Shown here: positions 1 through 9,654 of the stretch, in pieces
Position numbering within the stretch: position 1 is the first letter of the stretch
How the letters are laid out: every line of letters begins with the position of its first letter
Origin: an uncultured Collinsella sp.
Lineage (GTDB): Bacteria > Actinomycetota > Coriobacteriia > Coriobacteriales > Coriobacteriaceae
Assembly (NCBI GenBank): GCA_902475425.1
Contig: CABRZJ010000002.1
Coordinates: 2,988-66,987, forward strand
Direction: 5' to 3'
DNA length: 64,000 bases
The notes under the pieces: model-generated
What the model was told of the DNA's origin: nothing
Databases searched by the model: none
What the model saw: only the letters and a program-made list of their open reading frames with translations
Position numbers and translations under genes: made by a program

Positions 1-471
1 GGCGCGTGCGATGCCAAAATCCATGACCTTGATGTTGCCGTCGGGCAGCACCATGATGTTTTGCGGCTTAATGTCGCGGTGGATGATCTCGTGCTTGTGT
101 GCGACCGAGAGCGCGGAGCTGATCTGCGAGCCAATCTGTGCGACCTTCTTGGGATCGAGTGCACCGTGGCTCTTGATGCCGCTTTTAAGGTCGGTGCCGC
201 GCAGGTACTCCATGACGATGTAATAGGTGTCGCCGTCCTTGCCCCAATCGTAGACGCCCACGATATAGGGGGAGGACAGGCCTGCTGCTGCCTGGGCCTC
301 CTGCTTAAAGCGGGCGGCGAAGGTGGCGTCGCCGGCATACTGCGGCAGCATGATCTTGACGGCAACCGTGCGGTCGAGGACCTGATCCTGTGCACGGAAG
401 ACGGTCGCCATGCCGCCCGTTCCCACCTTATCCTTGAGGAGGTATCTTCCCCCGAGGACCCTCTGTTCCAT
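1..471 (-). CDS. pknB: Ser/Thr protein kinase PknB/Stk1-like, N-terminal part (runs off left edge)
   Basis: Translated by hand (absent from ORF track): MEQRVLGGRYLLKDKVGTGGMATV...VAVKIM...IIHRDIKPQNIMV...KVMDFGIARA. RBS-like GGAGCAGGA before ATG. Canonical position after rodA/pbpA. Confidence 0.93.
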   Translation of the reverse strand, partial: MEQRVLGGRYLLKDKVGTGGMATVFRAQDQVLDRTVAVKIMLPQYAGDATFAARFKQEAQAAAGLSSPYIVGVYDWGKDGDTYYIVMEYLRGTDLKSGIKSHGALDPKKVAQIGSQISSALSVAHKHEIIHRDIKPQNIMVLPDGNIKVMDFGIARA

Positions 472-603
472 TCCTGCTCCTAACATAACTATTCGCTCAA
501 CGATGTGTGTAGTACCAAATGTGTGGCCGCTGGGGCCGTGTGGCGCGTGGCCGCTAGCTCATCGGCCGCGGCGCGCCACAAGTATCCGCCTTGATCACGG
601 GCA

Positions 604-3474
604 TCACGCTCCCTGTGCGGCGAGCGCCGCGGTCAGGACGATGCCGGCAATCTTGGCCGCCTTGACGTCGTGTTTGTCGTAATCCTCCAGGGCTACCGAG
701 ATGGCAACCGTGGGTGAATCGTAAGGTGCAAAGCCAACAAACATAGAGTTGACGTTGGTGCCGCCGGTCTCGGCCGAACCGGTCTTGCCGGCAACCTTGA
801 CGCCCGGAATCTGGGCATCGGTGCCGGTACCGGACTGGACGACGGCGAGCATGGCCTGCTTGACCTGGTCGGCCGTGGCAGAGCTGACAGCCTGGCCCAG
901 CGAGCGGGACTGCGTGGTCTTAACCACGGTTCCGTCCGGGGCGAGTATCTGGGACACAAAGAACGGGTCCATGACCACGCCGCTGTTGGCGATAGCGGCA
1001 GCGATCACGCAATTCTGCATAACGGTGGTCTGCGGGCCAGGCGTGTGGTCCATACCGACGGGCTGGCCGGCGCCTGCCCAAGCGGTCTCCCACTCGGTCA
1101 TAAGCGACGGATCGGCCATGATGGAAGCCGCGGTGGTCAGATCCTGACCGAGCTTTTGACCGTAGCCAAAGGCGTTGGCAAACTGGACGAGCGAGCTGGC
1201 ACCGACCTCGTTTGCCACCTGGCCAAAGACGACGTTGGACGACACGGCGAAGGCCTGCTGCAGGCTGATGGTGCCGTAGCTCTCGTTGGCATAGTTGGTG
1301 ACCGGCGCGTTGCCAATATCCATGGAGCCGGGCGCCTGGTACGTGCTGGTAAGGCTGGCGGTGCCGGTCTCGAGCGCCGCGGAGAGCGTGACGACCTTAA
1401 AGGTCGAGCCCGGGGTGTAGAGCGCGTCCATGGCACGGTCGTACATGGAGCCGTCCTCGCCGCCGCCCGACTGGAGCAGCGCGTCGATGTTGGTGTTGTC
1501 GTAGGTGGGCGAGCTCGCGCACGCAAGGACCGCACCGGTGCGCGGATCCATGACCACCACAGCTCCCTTAAAGCCCTTGAGCGCCTGCTCGGCAGCCGTC
1601 TGGATGCGCGAGTCGATGGTGAGCTTGGCGGTATTGCCCGGCTGGGTCTGCCCCGCGAGCGACGCGATGGCGTTGTTCCAGCTGGAGTAATCCTTGGAGC
1701 CGGTGAGCGTATCGTTCATGACGCTCTCGATGCCGGCGGTGCCGTATTGCTGGCTCACGTAGCCCACCACGTGTGCGGCCATGTTGCCGTTGGGGTAGGA
1801 ACGGGCGTAGGTGCCGTCCTCCTGTTGCAGCGACTCGGCTAGTGTCACGCCGTCGGACGTGATGATGGAGCCACGCTGGATGTACTTGGAGCGGGCGATG
1901 GTGTGGTTGTTGGTCGGCATGTCCTGGTAATCCTTCGCCTTGATGACCTGGACATAGGTGAGGTTGCCGATAAGGATGGCGAACAGCGCTGTAAAGGCAA
2001 ACACGGCACGAGTCAGACGGTTGGCAAGTGCAACGCGGCCGAGCACGCCGGACTCTGGCGTGTCGAGCAGGCGACGACGCATGCGAGAACCCGCGGAGTG
2101 GTTGCCGTGGCTGTAGGAAGGTGCACTGGCAAAACGCGTACCGGTCGGGGCAGCGGCGGATGCGAGCTGGTCATCGGTGATGGCGGCCATAGTGCCAGTA
2201 CCGGTGAGCTCGGCTTCGCGTCCGGTTGCCTCGTCGCCGGCGCGCAGCAGCAGCGCGACGATGATAAAGCTCGCCAGCAGCGAGGAGCCGCCCTGGCTCA
2301 TAAAGGGCAGGGTGACGCCGGTCAGCGGGATCAGGCGGGTTACGCCGCCAACGATTAAGAATGCCTGGAAGCTGATGGCCGCCGTAAGGCCGGTCGCGCT
2401 AAAGGCGGCAAGGTCGGACTTGGCGCGGGCGGCCGTGGTGAGGCCACGCACGGCAAAAAGCATAAACAGGATGAGCACGGCGCCGCCGCCCAAAAGGCCC
2501 ATTTCCTCGCCGATAGCCGAGAAGATAAAGTCGGACTCGACGACGGGGATGTTGTTTGCCATGCCGTTGCCAATGCCGACGCCAACCAGGCCGCCGTCAG
2601 CCAGCGAGTAAAGCGACTGTACGATCTGGTAGCCCTGGCCCTGGGCGTCCTTAAACGGATCGACCCAAACCTGGAAACGCACCTGAACGTGCGACAGGAA
2701 CTTGTAGGCGCCCACGGCTCCAACGGCCAAGAGCGCAAGACCGATAACGACATACGAGAATCGTCCCGTGGCAACGTAGAGCATCAGCAAGAAGATGGTG
2801 TAGAACAGCACGGCCGAACCCAGGTCGCGTTCGAAGACGACGACGAGCAGGCACACACCCCACACGGCAAACAGCGGCAGCAGCAGTCGCAGACGAGGGA
2901 TCTTAAAGCCCAGGATCTTGCGGTTGGAGATGGAGAGCAACTCGCGGTTCTCGGCCAAGTAGCCGGCCAGGAACAGGACGATAAAGACCTTGGCGAACTC
3001 GCCGGGCTGGATGGTAAAGCCCGCGATGCGAATCCACAGCTTGGAGCCCGAGATCGTGGTGCCGATAAAGATAGGCAGCATCAGCAGAATGATGCCGATG
3101 ATGCCAAAGGTGTACTTGTAGCGCATGACCACGTCGAGGTTTTTGACTAGTGCAAGCGTTCCCACCATGAGCGCCACCGAGACAAACAGGATGATGAGCT
3201 GTGAGATGGCGAGAGCGGGGGCGAGACGCGTCACGAACGTGATGCCGATGCCCGAAAGTATAAATACGATGGGCAGGATGGCGGGGTCGGCACCGGGCGC
3301 CAAGATGCGCACGGCAATGTGGGCCGCGGCAAAGGCGGCAAAGAGGCCGATCGGTACGGCGAGCGTCTCAAAGGAGATGGCAGCGCCCGCGGTGAGGACG
3401 TACATCGCATACAGCAGGATGACGGGGAACGCCGAGGCGATGAGCAAGAGCAGCTCGGTGTTGCGGCGACTCAT
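604..3474 (-). CDS. Fused SEDS glycosyltransferase (RodA/FtsW) and class B penicillin-binding transpeptidase
   Basis: N-terminal half is multi-TM with SEDS motifs (IQPGEFAK, ERDLGSA, SDFIF, IPLTGVTLPFMSQGGSS). C-terminal half has transpeptidase motifs (PGSTFK, SSN, KTGSAE). ATG 3474 follows AAAGGGAG. Confidence 0.93.
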   Translation of the reverse strand: MSRRNTELLLLIASAFPVILLYAMYVLTAGAAISFETLAVPIGLFAAFAAAHIAVRILAPGADPAILPIVFILSGIGITFVTRLAPALAISQLIILFVSVALMVGTLALVKNLDVVMRYKYTFGIIGIILLMLPIFIGTTISGSKLWIRIAGFTIQPGEFAKVFIVLFLAGYLAENRELLSISNRKILGFKIPRLRLLLPLFAVWGVCLLVVVFERDLGSAVLFYTIFLLMLYVATGRFSYVVIGLALLAVGAVGAYKFLSHVQVRFQVWVDPFKDAQGQGYQIVQSLYSLADGGLVGVGIGNGMANNIPVVESDFIFSAIGEEMGLLGGGAVLILFMLFAVRGLTTAARAKSDLAAFSATGLTAAISFQAFLIVGGVTRLIPLTGVTLPFMSQGGSSLLASFIIVALLLRAGDEATGREAELTGTGTMAAITDDQLASAAAPTGTRFASAPSYSHGNHSAGSRMRRRLLDTPESGVLGRVALANRLTRAVFAFTALFAILIGNLTYVQVIKAKDYQDMPTNNHTIARSKYIQRGSIITSDGVTLAESLQQEDGTYARSYPNGNMAAHVVGYVSQQYGTAGIESVMNDTLTGSKDYSSWNNAIASLAGQTQPGNTAKLTIDSRIQTAAEQALKGFKGAVVVMDPRTGAVLACASSPTYDNTNIDALLQSGGGEDGSMYDRAMDALYTPGSTFKVVTLSAALETGTASLTSTYQAPGSMDIGNAPVTNYANESYGTISLQQAFAVSSNVVFGQVANEVGASSLVQFANAFGYGQKLGQDLTTAASIMADPSLMTEWETAWAGAGQPVGMDHTPGPQTTVMQNCVIAAAIANSGVVMDPFFVSQILAPDGTVVKTTQSRSLGQAVSSATADQVKQAMLAVVQSGTGTDAQIPGVKVAGKTGSAETGGTNVNSMFVGFAPYDSPTVAISVALEDYDKHDVKAAKIAGIVLTAALAAQGA

Positions 3475-3490
3475 AAGCGGCACTCCCTTT

Positions 3491-5386
3491 CTAATTCTTA
3501 TCGGAGGCTTCGGCCTCGGCGGACTGTTCGGCGGTTTTCTCGGAATCTGATTCGGAGGTCGATCCCTGATTGGTGTTGTCGCGAATCGTTTGCGCGTCGA
3601 TCACCTGGCGGGTCTGCTCCTCGTCGATCTGGTGGCGGTACTTGGATATCGTGTCCTGCGCATCGTCGACACTTGTTTGCGGAATGCCCGCCTTGAGGCG
3701 GTTTTGCGTGTCTTCGGGCAGGTCGGACAGCTTGATGCTGGTTTCGCTTTCGAGCCAGTGGAGCTTGAGTCCGAGTGGCTTGCCGGGCAGGCCGCGCCAG
3801 ACGGCGACATTGCCCTGGTAGGTACCCAGGTAGTACGAGCCGGTGACACCCGTGTAGGCCCAGATGCCAGCTGCCAGCACAAAGACGAGGGCCAGGACGG
3901 CGGCGATAGTAACGTTGCGGCGACGCACGCGTTGCGCCTCGCGCATGACGCCATCGTCAACCAGGTCAACGACTACTACGGTCACGTTGTCGTGGCCGCC
4001 GGCGGCAAGCGCCGCGTCCACTAGGTTGTCGACGCAGATTTGCGCGGTTGAGGACTGCGTGGCGATGTTCTCGATATCGCTATCGGGAATCATGCTCGAG
4101 AGGCCGTCGGAGCACAGGATCAGGCGGTCGCCTTCCTCGATATGCAGAGTGAAGTGGTCGGCATACATAGCGGGGTCCGAGCCCAGTGCGCGGGTGATGA
4201 CCGAACGGTTGGGGTGGACGCGAGCCTCGTCTGCCGTGATTTCGCCGGCGTCCACGAGCTCCTCCACGTAGGAGTGGTCGCGGGTCACGCGGATGAGCGT
4301 GCCCTCGTGGAGCAGGTAGGCGCGAGAGTCACCCACGTGGGCGATGGCGAGCGTGTCGTTTTCGATATAGGCGCAAGTGGCTGTGCAGCCCATGCCGGGC
4401 TTGCCCAGGCCATTCAAGGCAGCCTCGATTACGGCGGCGTTGGCGGCCTCGACGGCTGCCGCCAGGCGTGCGGCGTCGGCAGACTGAGGAGCTGTCTTGG
4501 CAATGGTCTCGACAGCGATAGAGGAGGCTACCTCGCCGGCGGCGTGACCGCCCATGCCGTCGCATACGCAAAAGAGCGGCGACTGCACCAGGTAGGAATC
4601 CTCATTGTGCGGGCGCACACAGCCAACGTCGGAGCGGGCGCCCCACATGAGTTGCGTGGTGGTGCCAGCATCATAGGTCGAGTCGGTCTCGATGCGCTCC
4701 TCGGTTAGGGGTTCAAAGCTCATGGTCGAGCCGGGGTCTTTGAGCTTGGCCTCAACGGCGGCAACGTCGATCTCGGCTGTGTCACCGGGAGAGACGGTGT
4801 CGGTCTCGGCGTTTGATTCGGAATCGCCGGTGTCCGGGGAGTCGGGCTCCTCGGAAACGCGGGCGGTCGACTCGTCATCTTGCGGGCTGACGTCTATAGG
4901 CTCGGGCGTCGCAAAGTGCGACGGCGCGGGCGAGCTCTGGGGTTGAGCGGAGGGCTCGGGGGCTGCGGCGGGCGCGGCGGCGGGCTGCTCGACTTCGGCA
5001 GGCGTTGCGGATGCGGGTGCCGCCTCGCTTGCCGGGGCGACGGGGAATACCGGCGCGGCAGGCTCGGGGGCTGCAAACACGGCAGCGCTCTCGTTAATCG
5101 CCTCGGCGACGGGCTCGGCAAAGTGAGCCGGTGCGGACGTTGCCTCCGGTTCCGCGGGCTGCTCGGCAGCGTGCGCGCCGATGGGGGCGTCGAGCTGCTC
5201 GGTGCCGGCGTCCTCGTCATCGACGAGTGCCGGATATTCTTGAGTTACATGCGAAAGAGGCAGGGAGAACACGGTGTCCTCGGGCTCCACGGTCGCAGGG
5301 CGCGCCGGAGCGGCATGAGCCGGCGCAGCTGCGGGGGCAGTCGGCGTCTCGGGCATGGTTGCGGACTTATTCTCCTCGTCGATCAT
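3491..5386 (-). CDS. pstP: PP2C-type Ser/Thr phosphatase PstP/Stp1 with a long acidic Pro/Ala-rich N-terminal extension and a C-terminal TM anchor
   Basis: Motifs RPHNED, CDGMGGH, HVGDSRAY, LCSDGL and GGHDN, then a TM helix. Start overlaps the fhaB stop. Confidence 0.92.
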   Translation of the reverse strand: MIDEENKSATMPETPTAPAAAPAHAAPARPATVEPEDTVFSLPLSHVTQEYPALVDDEDAGTEQLDAPIGAHAAEQPAEPEATSAPAHFAEPVAEAINESAAVFAAPEPAAPVFPVAPASEAAPASATPAEVEQPAAAPAAAPEPSAQPQSSPAPSHFATPEPIDVSPQDDESTARVSEEPDSPDTGDSESNAETDTVSPGDTAEIDVAAVEAKLKDPGSTMSFEPLTEERIETDSTYDAGTTTQLMWGARSDVGCVRPHNEDSYLVQSPLFCVCDGMGGHAAGEVASSIAVETIAKTAPQSADAARLAAAVEAANAAVIEAALNGLGKPGMGCTATCAYIENDTLAIAHVGDSRAYLLHEGTLIRVTRDHSYVEELVDAGEITADEARVHPNRSVITRALGSDPAMYADHFTLHIEEGDRLILCSDGLSSMIPDSDIENIATQSSTAQICVDNLVDAALAAGGHDNVTVVVVDLVDDGVMREAQRVRRRNVTIAAVLALVFVLAAGIWAYTGVTGSYYLGTYQGNVAVWRGLPGKPLGLKLHWLESETSIKLSDLPEDTQNRLKAGIPQTSVDDAQDTISKYRHQIDEEQTRQVIDAQTIRDNTNQGSTSESDSEKTAEQSAEAEASDKN

Positions 5387-5799
5387 CGACGGTTCACCTT
5401 CATGACCACGTCGCCAATCTGGACTTCGTCGCCCTCACGCAGCGTCGCGGGCTCCACGAGCTGGCGGCCGTTGACGAGCGTGCCGTTAAGCGAGTTGAGG
5501 TCCTCGATGATGAGCGCCGGGCCCTGCAGCGAAAAGCGCGCATGCGAGGCCGAGACGAACGGTTCGTTGATGCAGATGTCCGAAGATGGCGAGCGACCGA
5601 CGATGACGGGGCCGAGCATGTCTACGTGGATGCCGCGGATACCGCGCGGACCCTTGTCCACATCAATCGTCCAGATAGCCGAGTCGCGGCGCTGCCCGCG
5701 CACAAGTCCCACGCCGGTCTTCATGACGGCGAACAGGAAGATATAGAGCAGGGCGACCAGGACGATGCGGCCTGCAAAAAGGACGATATCGATGTTCAT
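5383..5799 (-). CDS. fhaB: FHA domain protein FhaB/FipA-like with N-terminal TM helix
   Basis: Hydrophobic N-terminus and FHA motifs (VGR, SASHA, DLNSLNGT). Lies between fhaA and pstP. Confidence 0.88.
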   Translation of the reverse strand: MNIDIVLFAGRIVLVALLYIFLFAVMKTGVGLVRGQRRDSAIWTIDVDKGPRGIRGIHVDMLGPVIVGRSPSSDICINEPFVSASHARFSLQGPALIIEDLNSLNGTLVNGRQLVEPATLREGDEVQIGDVVMKVNRR

Positions 5800-5805
5800 A
5801 AGCGA

Positions 5806-6819
5806 CTATCCCCTAAATTCAAAGGTACTCAGGCCAAACGTCAGCAGATCGCCGTTGCGCAGCGGGCAGCGCGTAATGCGGCGGTTGTTGACGAGCGTGC
5901 CGTTGGTGGAATTGAGGTCCTCAATCGACCAATCCGACCCCGTAAAGGTGAGCTGGGCGTGGCGGCGCGACACGTTGGGGTCGCGCAGGGCAATGTCGGA
6001 AACTGAGCGCTCGCGACCGATGGTCACCTGTGCGGAGGTGATGCTATGGCTCTCGCCGCTCACGACGTCGACGAGCTGGGCGAGCGGGCGCTGCGGGGCG
6101 CGAGTGCTCGCCATGTTGGAGGCGATGCCGGCTGCGGCGCCTAGGCCCACGGCGGCACCGGTCGCGGCGGCTCCGCCCATGCCGGCAAGCGCGTCGCGCG
6201 AGACGGTCTGCGGTACCGGGATGGGTGCTGCGGCGGGGTCGGGGACGCTAGGCGCGAAGGGGTCTGCCACGGCAAGCGGGTCGGGAACGGCGGCGCGAGG
6301 CGTCGGCTGCTGCTGGGGCATGGCGGCGGGGCGCTGCTGCTGCGGGGCAGCAAACTGCTGCTGGCCGGCGCGCGGGGCGCTGGCGGCACGGCTTGCCGCG
6401 GAGTTGTTCTGGCCCAGGCCGTTTTGATAGGCGCGCTCTTCTTCGTACAGGCGGCCGAGCGTGGGGGCATCGACGTTCTCGGCAAAGACCGAGAACTTGC
6501 CGGCGCGCAGCTGCGGATCGATCATAAAGCGCACGAGGGGCTCGCCGACAAAGACATAGCGGCGCTTTTCGGCCTGCGCCTTCACAAACTCGCGGACCTC
6601 GCGTGAAAGCTCGGGGTAGAACGGGGCGAGCATGGGATCGTCGTCGGCGGCGATAAGGATGGTATAGAGTGCCGGCGCCGTGTTGACGCCGTTGATCACC
6701 AGAGTCTGATCCTCCATGTCGCGAGCGGCCTGCTTGGCAAGCTTCTTAAAGGAGAACGGGGCACGGGTGGCACCGAAGATGCCGGCCACGTGGTCCTCGA
6801 AGATGTTCAGGAAGTTCAC
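5806..6819 (-). CDS. fhaA: FhaA-like protein (DUF3662-like N-terminal domain, Pro/Ala/Gln linker, FHA domain)
   Basis: C-terminal FHA (IGRER, VSRRHA, DLNSTNGT) and an N-terminal domain resembling actinobacterial FhaA. Confidence 0.88.
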   Translation of the reverse strand: MNFLNIFEDHVAGIFGATRAPFSFKKLAKQAARDMEDQTLVINGVNTAPALYTILIAADDDPMLAPFYPELSREVREFVKAQAEKRRYVFVGEPLVRFMIDPQLRAGKFSVFAENVDAPTLGRLYEEERAYQNGLGQNNSAASRAASAPRAGQQQFAAPQQQRPAAMPQQQPTPRAAVPDPLAVADPFAPSVPDPAAAPIPVPQTVSRDALAGMGGAAATGAAVGLGAAAGIASNMASTRAPQRPLAQLVDVVSGESHSITSAQVTIGRERSVSDIALRDPNVSRRHAQLTFTGSDWSIEDLNSTNGTLVNNRRITRCPLRNGDLLTFGLSTFEFRG

Positions 6820-8675
6820 GAAAGATCACTCTCCGTATAGGTTCTTTGGTATCCGAGCAAATATAGGCATATCCCAACGATTATAGAGGATAGGGTTCCC
6901 GCAACCGCCGCCTTGGCGACGACCGCGGCTGCAAGGCTGGCAATTTCCATATGGTGTGCAAGACAGGACGCCGCTGCGCAGCCGATGCCGGTGACAGCGA
7001 TTGCGGCGATTGCGGCAAGGTTTGAGCCCTGATTGGCACGCTTGGCATGGGCATTGAGCAGCGCAGATGACGCCGCGGCAGTTGCCGCGACCAGCACAAA
7101 GGCAGCCCAAAGGAGCGGGTCTCCCAGCGCTGCGGCAACGTTACCGAGCCCCAGTACGCCTCCGGCTGAAAGCGCGACCGTGGCCAGACGGGCAAAAAGC
7201 GCGCCCATGCCCGTTGCCGCGGCGGCGCTTGCCGGGCCGAGCCAAAATGACGCGACGCCGGCGGCGACCCCAGCTGCCAGGAAGGTATTGCCGGTCAGAC
7301 AGCCAAGCGCGAGTGCACAGGTGAGCGTGGCGCTCGCGGCAGTCTCGGTGCGACCCCAGGCGATCCACCAACCGGACATGGCGGCGGCAAAGATCACCGC
7401 GACGGGCAGCATCGACAGGATGCCCTGTGCCTGCATGGTGGCGTTGGCCATGAGCACCAAAAAGCCCACAGCCGAGATGGCCGAGCCAATCTGGGGGGCC
7501 AGGCCAGCCGCCACTCCGATCGCGATGGCCGCAATGACCAGGCCGGGAAGCGCCGCGACCCCGGCCGTTTGCATCAGCAAAAAGCTAAAGGTGCCGCACG
7601 TTAGCGCCGAGATAGTGCGCATGGTGTAGTCGCGCGCATGGCTCCAGCGCGTGCCCGCCCAGCCGAGTGCGGGGTCGACCTCGATGGCGTCGTCCTCGTA
7701 GTGCGACGGCTCGATATCGTCGAGCTCCTGCTCGTCATCCGAAAGTTCGCCAACCATTTGCTCCAGGCTGCGGCGGCCTTCGCGCACGCTGCCCAGACCG
7801 GCAAGGAGCTGGTCGCAAAATGTCTCGACGCTGCTGGGGCGGTCCTGCGGCATGGGGGAGAGCGCGCTCATGAGCGCGGCCTCGGCTCCCGGGGGAAAGT
7901 GTGGTATCAGCTCGCTGGGATAGGTGGCGCCGCCGATGATGCGGTCGAGCGAGTCGGCGGGCGTGGCCGCCATAAAGGGAGCGCTGCCGCACAGGCCCTC
8001 ATAGATTACACAGGCGAGGGCAAAGACATCGGCGCGCTCATCGACCGTGCCGGTCTCGATATCGAGCTGCTCGGGCGGCATGTAGCCGATGGTGCCGCCG
8101 CGCGAGCCGCCAAAGCCACCGGCGGACGACAGTCGCGCCATGCCAAAGTCGGTGAGCTTTACATTGCCCGAGTGGTCGATGAGCACGTTGGCGGGCTTAA
8201 TGTCCAGGTGGAGTACGCCATTACTATGGGCGAAGGTGAGCGCCTGGCCTAGGGCATCGGCAATGGCCGCGGCCTCGTCAAAGGTAAGTGAGTGACCGTC
8301 CACGCGGTGCAAAAACTCGGCCAGCGACATGCCATCGACATATTCCATAACTAGGTAGGCATAGGCTGTGTCGTGCGTAAAGTCGATGACCTGCACGATG
8401 TTGGGATGTTGAAGCATGGCGGCAGTGTGCGCCTCGCGCAGGACATCCATGATGTCGCTGGCGGGCATGCCGACACCGTTAATAAGGGGGATGCGCTTAA
8501 TGGCGACGCGGCGGCGCAGGTGCGTGTCGCGGCAGATCTCGATGGAGCCAAAACCGCCGGTCGCAAGTGTCTCGAGCGGCTGGTACCGCTTGAGCAGCTC
8601 GCGAGAGCTGGTGCCCTCCAAAGGAACGTCCGGCGAGAACCGGGCGGTATGTTGCGAGAAAAGCGGCATGGCCAA
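6816..8675 (-). CDS. Ser/Thr protein kinase with a multi-TM C-terminal region
   Basis: Motifs TGGFG, VAIK, HLDIKPANVL, DFG, GTIGYMPPE and DVFAL, then about 280 aa of hydrophobic helices. Start uncertain (8675 or 8669). Confidence 0.9.
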   Translation of the reverse strand: MAMPLFSQHTARFSPDVPLEGTSSRELLKRYQPLETLATGGFGSIEICRDTHLRRRVAIKRIPLINGVGMPASDIMDVLREAHTAAMLQHPNIVQVIDFTHDTAYAYLVMEYVDGMSLAEFLHRVDGHSLTFDEAAAIADALGQALTFAHSNGVLHLDIKPANVLIDHSGNVKLTDFGMARLSSAGGFGGSRGGTIGYMPPEQLDIETGTVDERADVFALACVIYEGLCGSAPFMAATPADSLDRIIGGATYPSELIPHFPPGAEAALMSALSPMPQDRPSSVETFCDQLLAGLGSVREGRRSLEQMVGELSDDEQELDDIEPSHYEDDAIEVDPALGWAGTRWSHARDYTMRTISALTCGTFSFLLMQTAGVAALPGLVIAAIAIGVAAGLAPQIGSAISAVGFLVLMANATMQAQGILSMLPVAVIFAAAMSGWWIAWGRTETAASATLTCALALGCLTGNTFLAAGVAAGVASFWLGPASAAAATGMGALFARLATVALSAGGVLGLGNVAAALGDPLLWAAFVLVAATAAASSALLNAHAKRANQGSNLAAIAAIAVTGIGCAAASCLAHHMEIASLAAAVVAKAAVAGTLSSIIVGICLYLLGYQRTYTESDLS

Positions 8676-8813
8676 CCCTCGTGCGTTTAAAGTTCGTTTG
8701 CGAGCGGCGGGCGCGGGGCCGAGCCGTTCGCGGTGGCATAGATGCTGCTAGTGTAGCACGCTCGGGTGCATGGGGAGGATAGCGGGATGCGAGGCTGCCT
8801 GCCTGGCTTGGCC

Positions 8814-9539
8814 TTAGCGCTTCTTCTTGTTCTTCTTCTGCTTGCGCTGTTTGCCCTTGTTGTCCTGGGGCTTGTCGGCCTTGTCGCCCTGCTTGGCCTC
8901 GGCGGCGGCCTTCTCGGCCTTCATTTTCTTCTTCTTGGTCTCGATGCGGAGTTTTTTGTTGATACGGGCCTTGAGGAAGGAGCCAAACTGCTCGGCATCG
9001 CCACGGACGAAGGTGTCCTTGGGGATCGTCACGCCCTGGTCGGCGAACATGGCCACAAAGATGCGCTCGCCGTCGAGCACGTGGTCGAGCTTTTCAAACG
9101 GGAAGAACTGCGACTTGCCGCTCTTGCCCCAAACCATCAGGCCGTCCTCGTTGGCGGCGACGCGGCGATAGCGGCCGCCCATGGACTCGTCGGCCTCGAC
9201 GGCGTCGATAAAGTCGCGGGCGAGCGTGTGGTGCAGGTTCTTGCTCCACCAGGCCAAAAAGGCGCCGAATACGATCAGCACGACGCCAAACTTGATCCAG
9301 TTGCCGCCGGCCACCAACATGCCGATGCCGATGAGCGCGGCAATCGCGGCGGCGACATACAGCGAGCCGCGACGCCTGGGCGAGGCGACCAGGCGGGCGA
9401 AGTCGGTGACCAGGTCGTTTTCGTACTGGTACTCGTTGAGGTACAGGATGCCGTCGTCGGCTGCGGCCTGCTTCTCGAGCGCGACCTCGACCTGGTCGGC
9501 TGCTTCGGAGGGAACGAGGTTGCTCTCTGCGTCTGCCAT
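8814..9539 (-). CDS. YcxB-like membrane protein with a Lys-rich tail
   Basis: Two TM helices followed by a YcxB-like ...IPKDTF... domain. Start taken as MADAESN. Confidence 0.65.
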   Translation of the reverse strand: MADAESNLVPSEAADQVEVALEKQAAADDGILYLNEYQYENDLVTDFARLVASPRRRGSLYVAAAIAALIGIGMLVAGGNWIKFGVVLIVFGAFLAWWSKNLHHTLARDFIDAVEADESMGGRYRRVAANEDGLMVWGKSGKSQFFPFEKLDHVLDGERIFVAMFADQGVTIPKDTFVRGDAEQFGSFLKARINKKLRIETKKKKMKAEKAAAEAKQGDKADKPQDNKGKQRKQKKNKKKR

Positions 9540-9654
9540 GCTCTTTGGACTCCTATCGCGGCGGGCTCGCCGTACGGGTATTATGGAATGCAGTATGCCG
9601 TGCGACCGCATGGCCGCCGCGGCAACAAGACTCAGTATACCCGGGGGAGCACCC

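Noticed and set aside
9181..9654. N-terminal extension of DnaX shown in the ORF track
   Set aside because: It overlaps the opposite-strand YcxB-like gene. The conserved start MESLYRKYRP with an RBS is at 9655.
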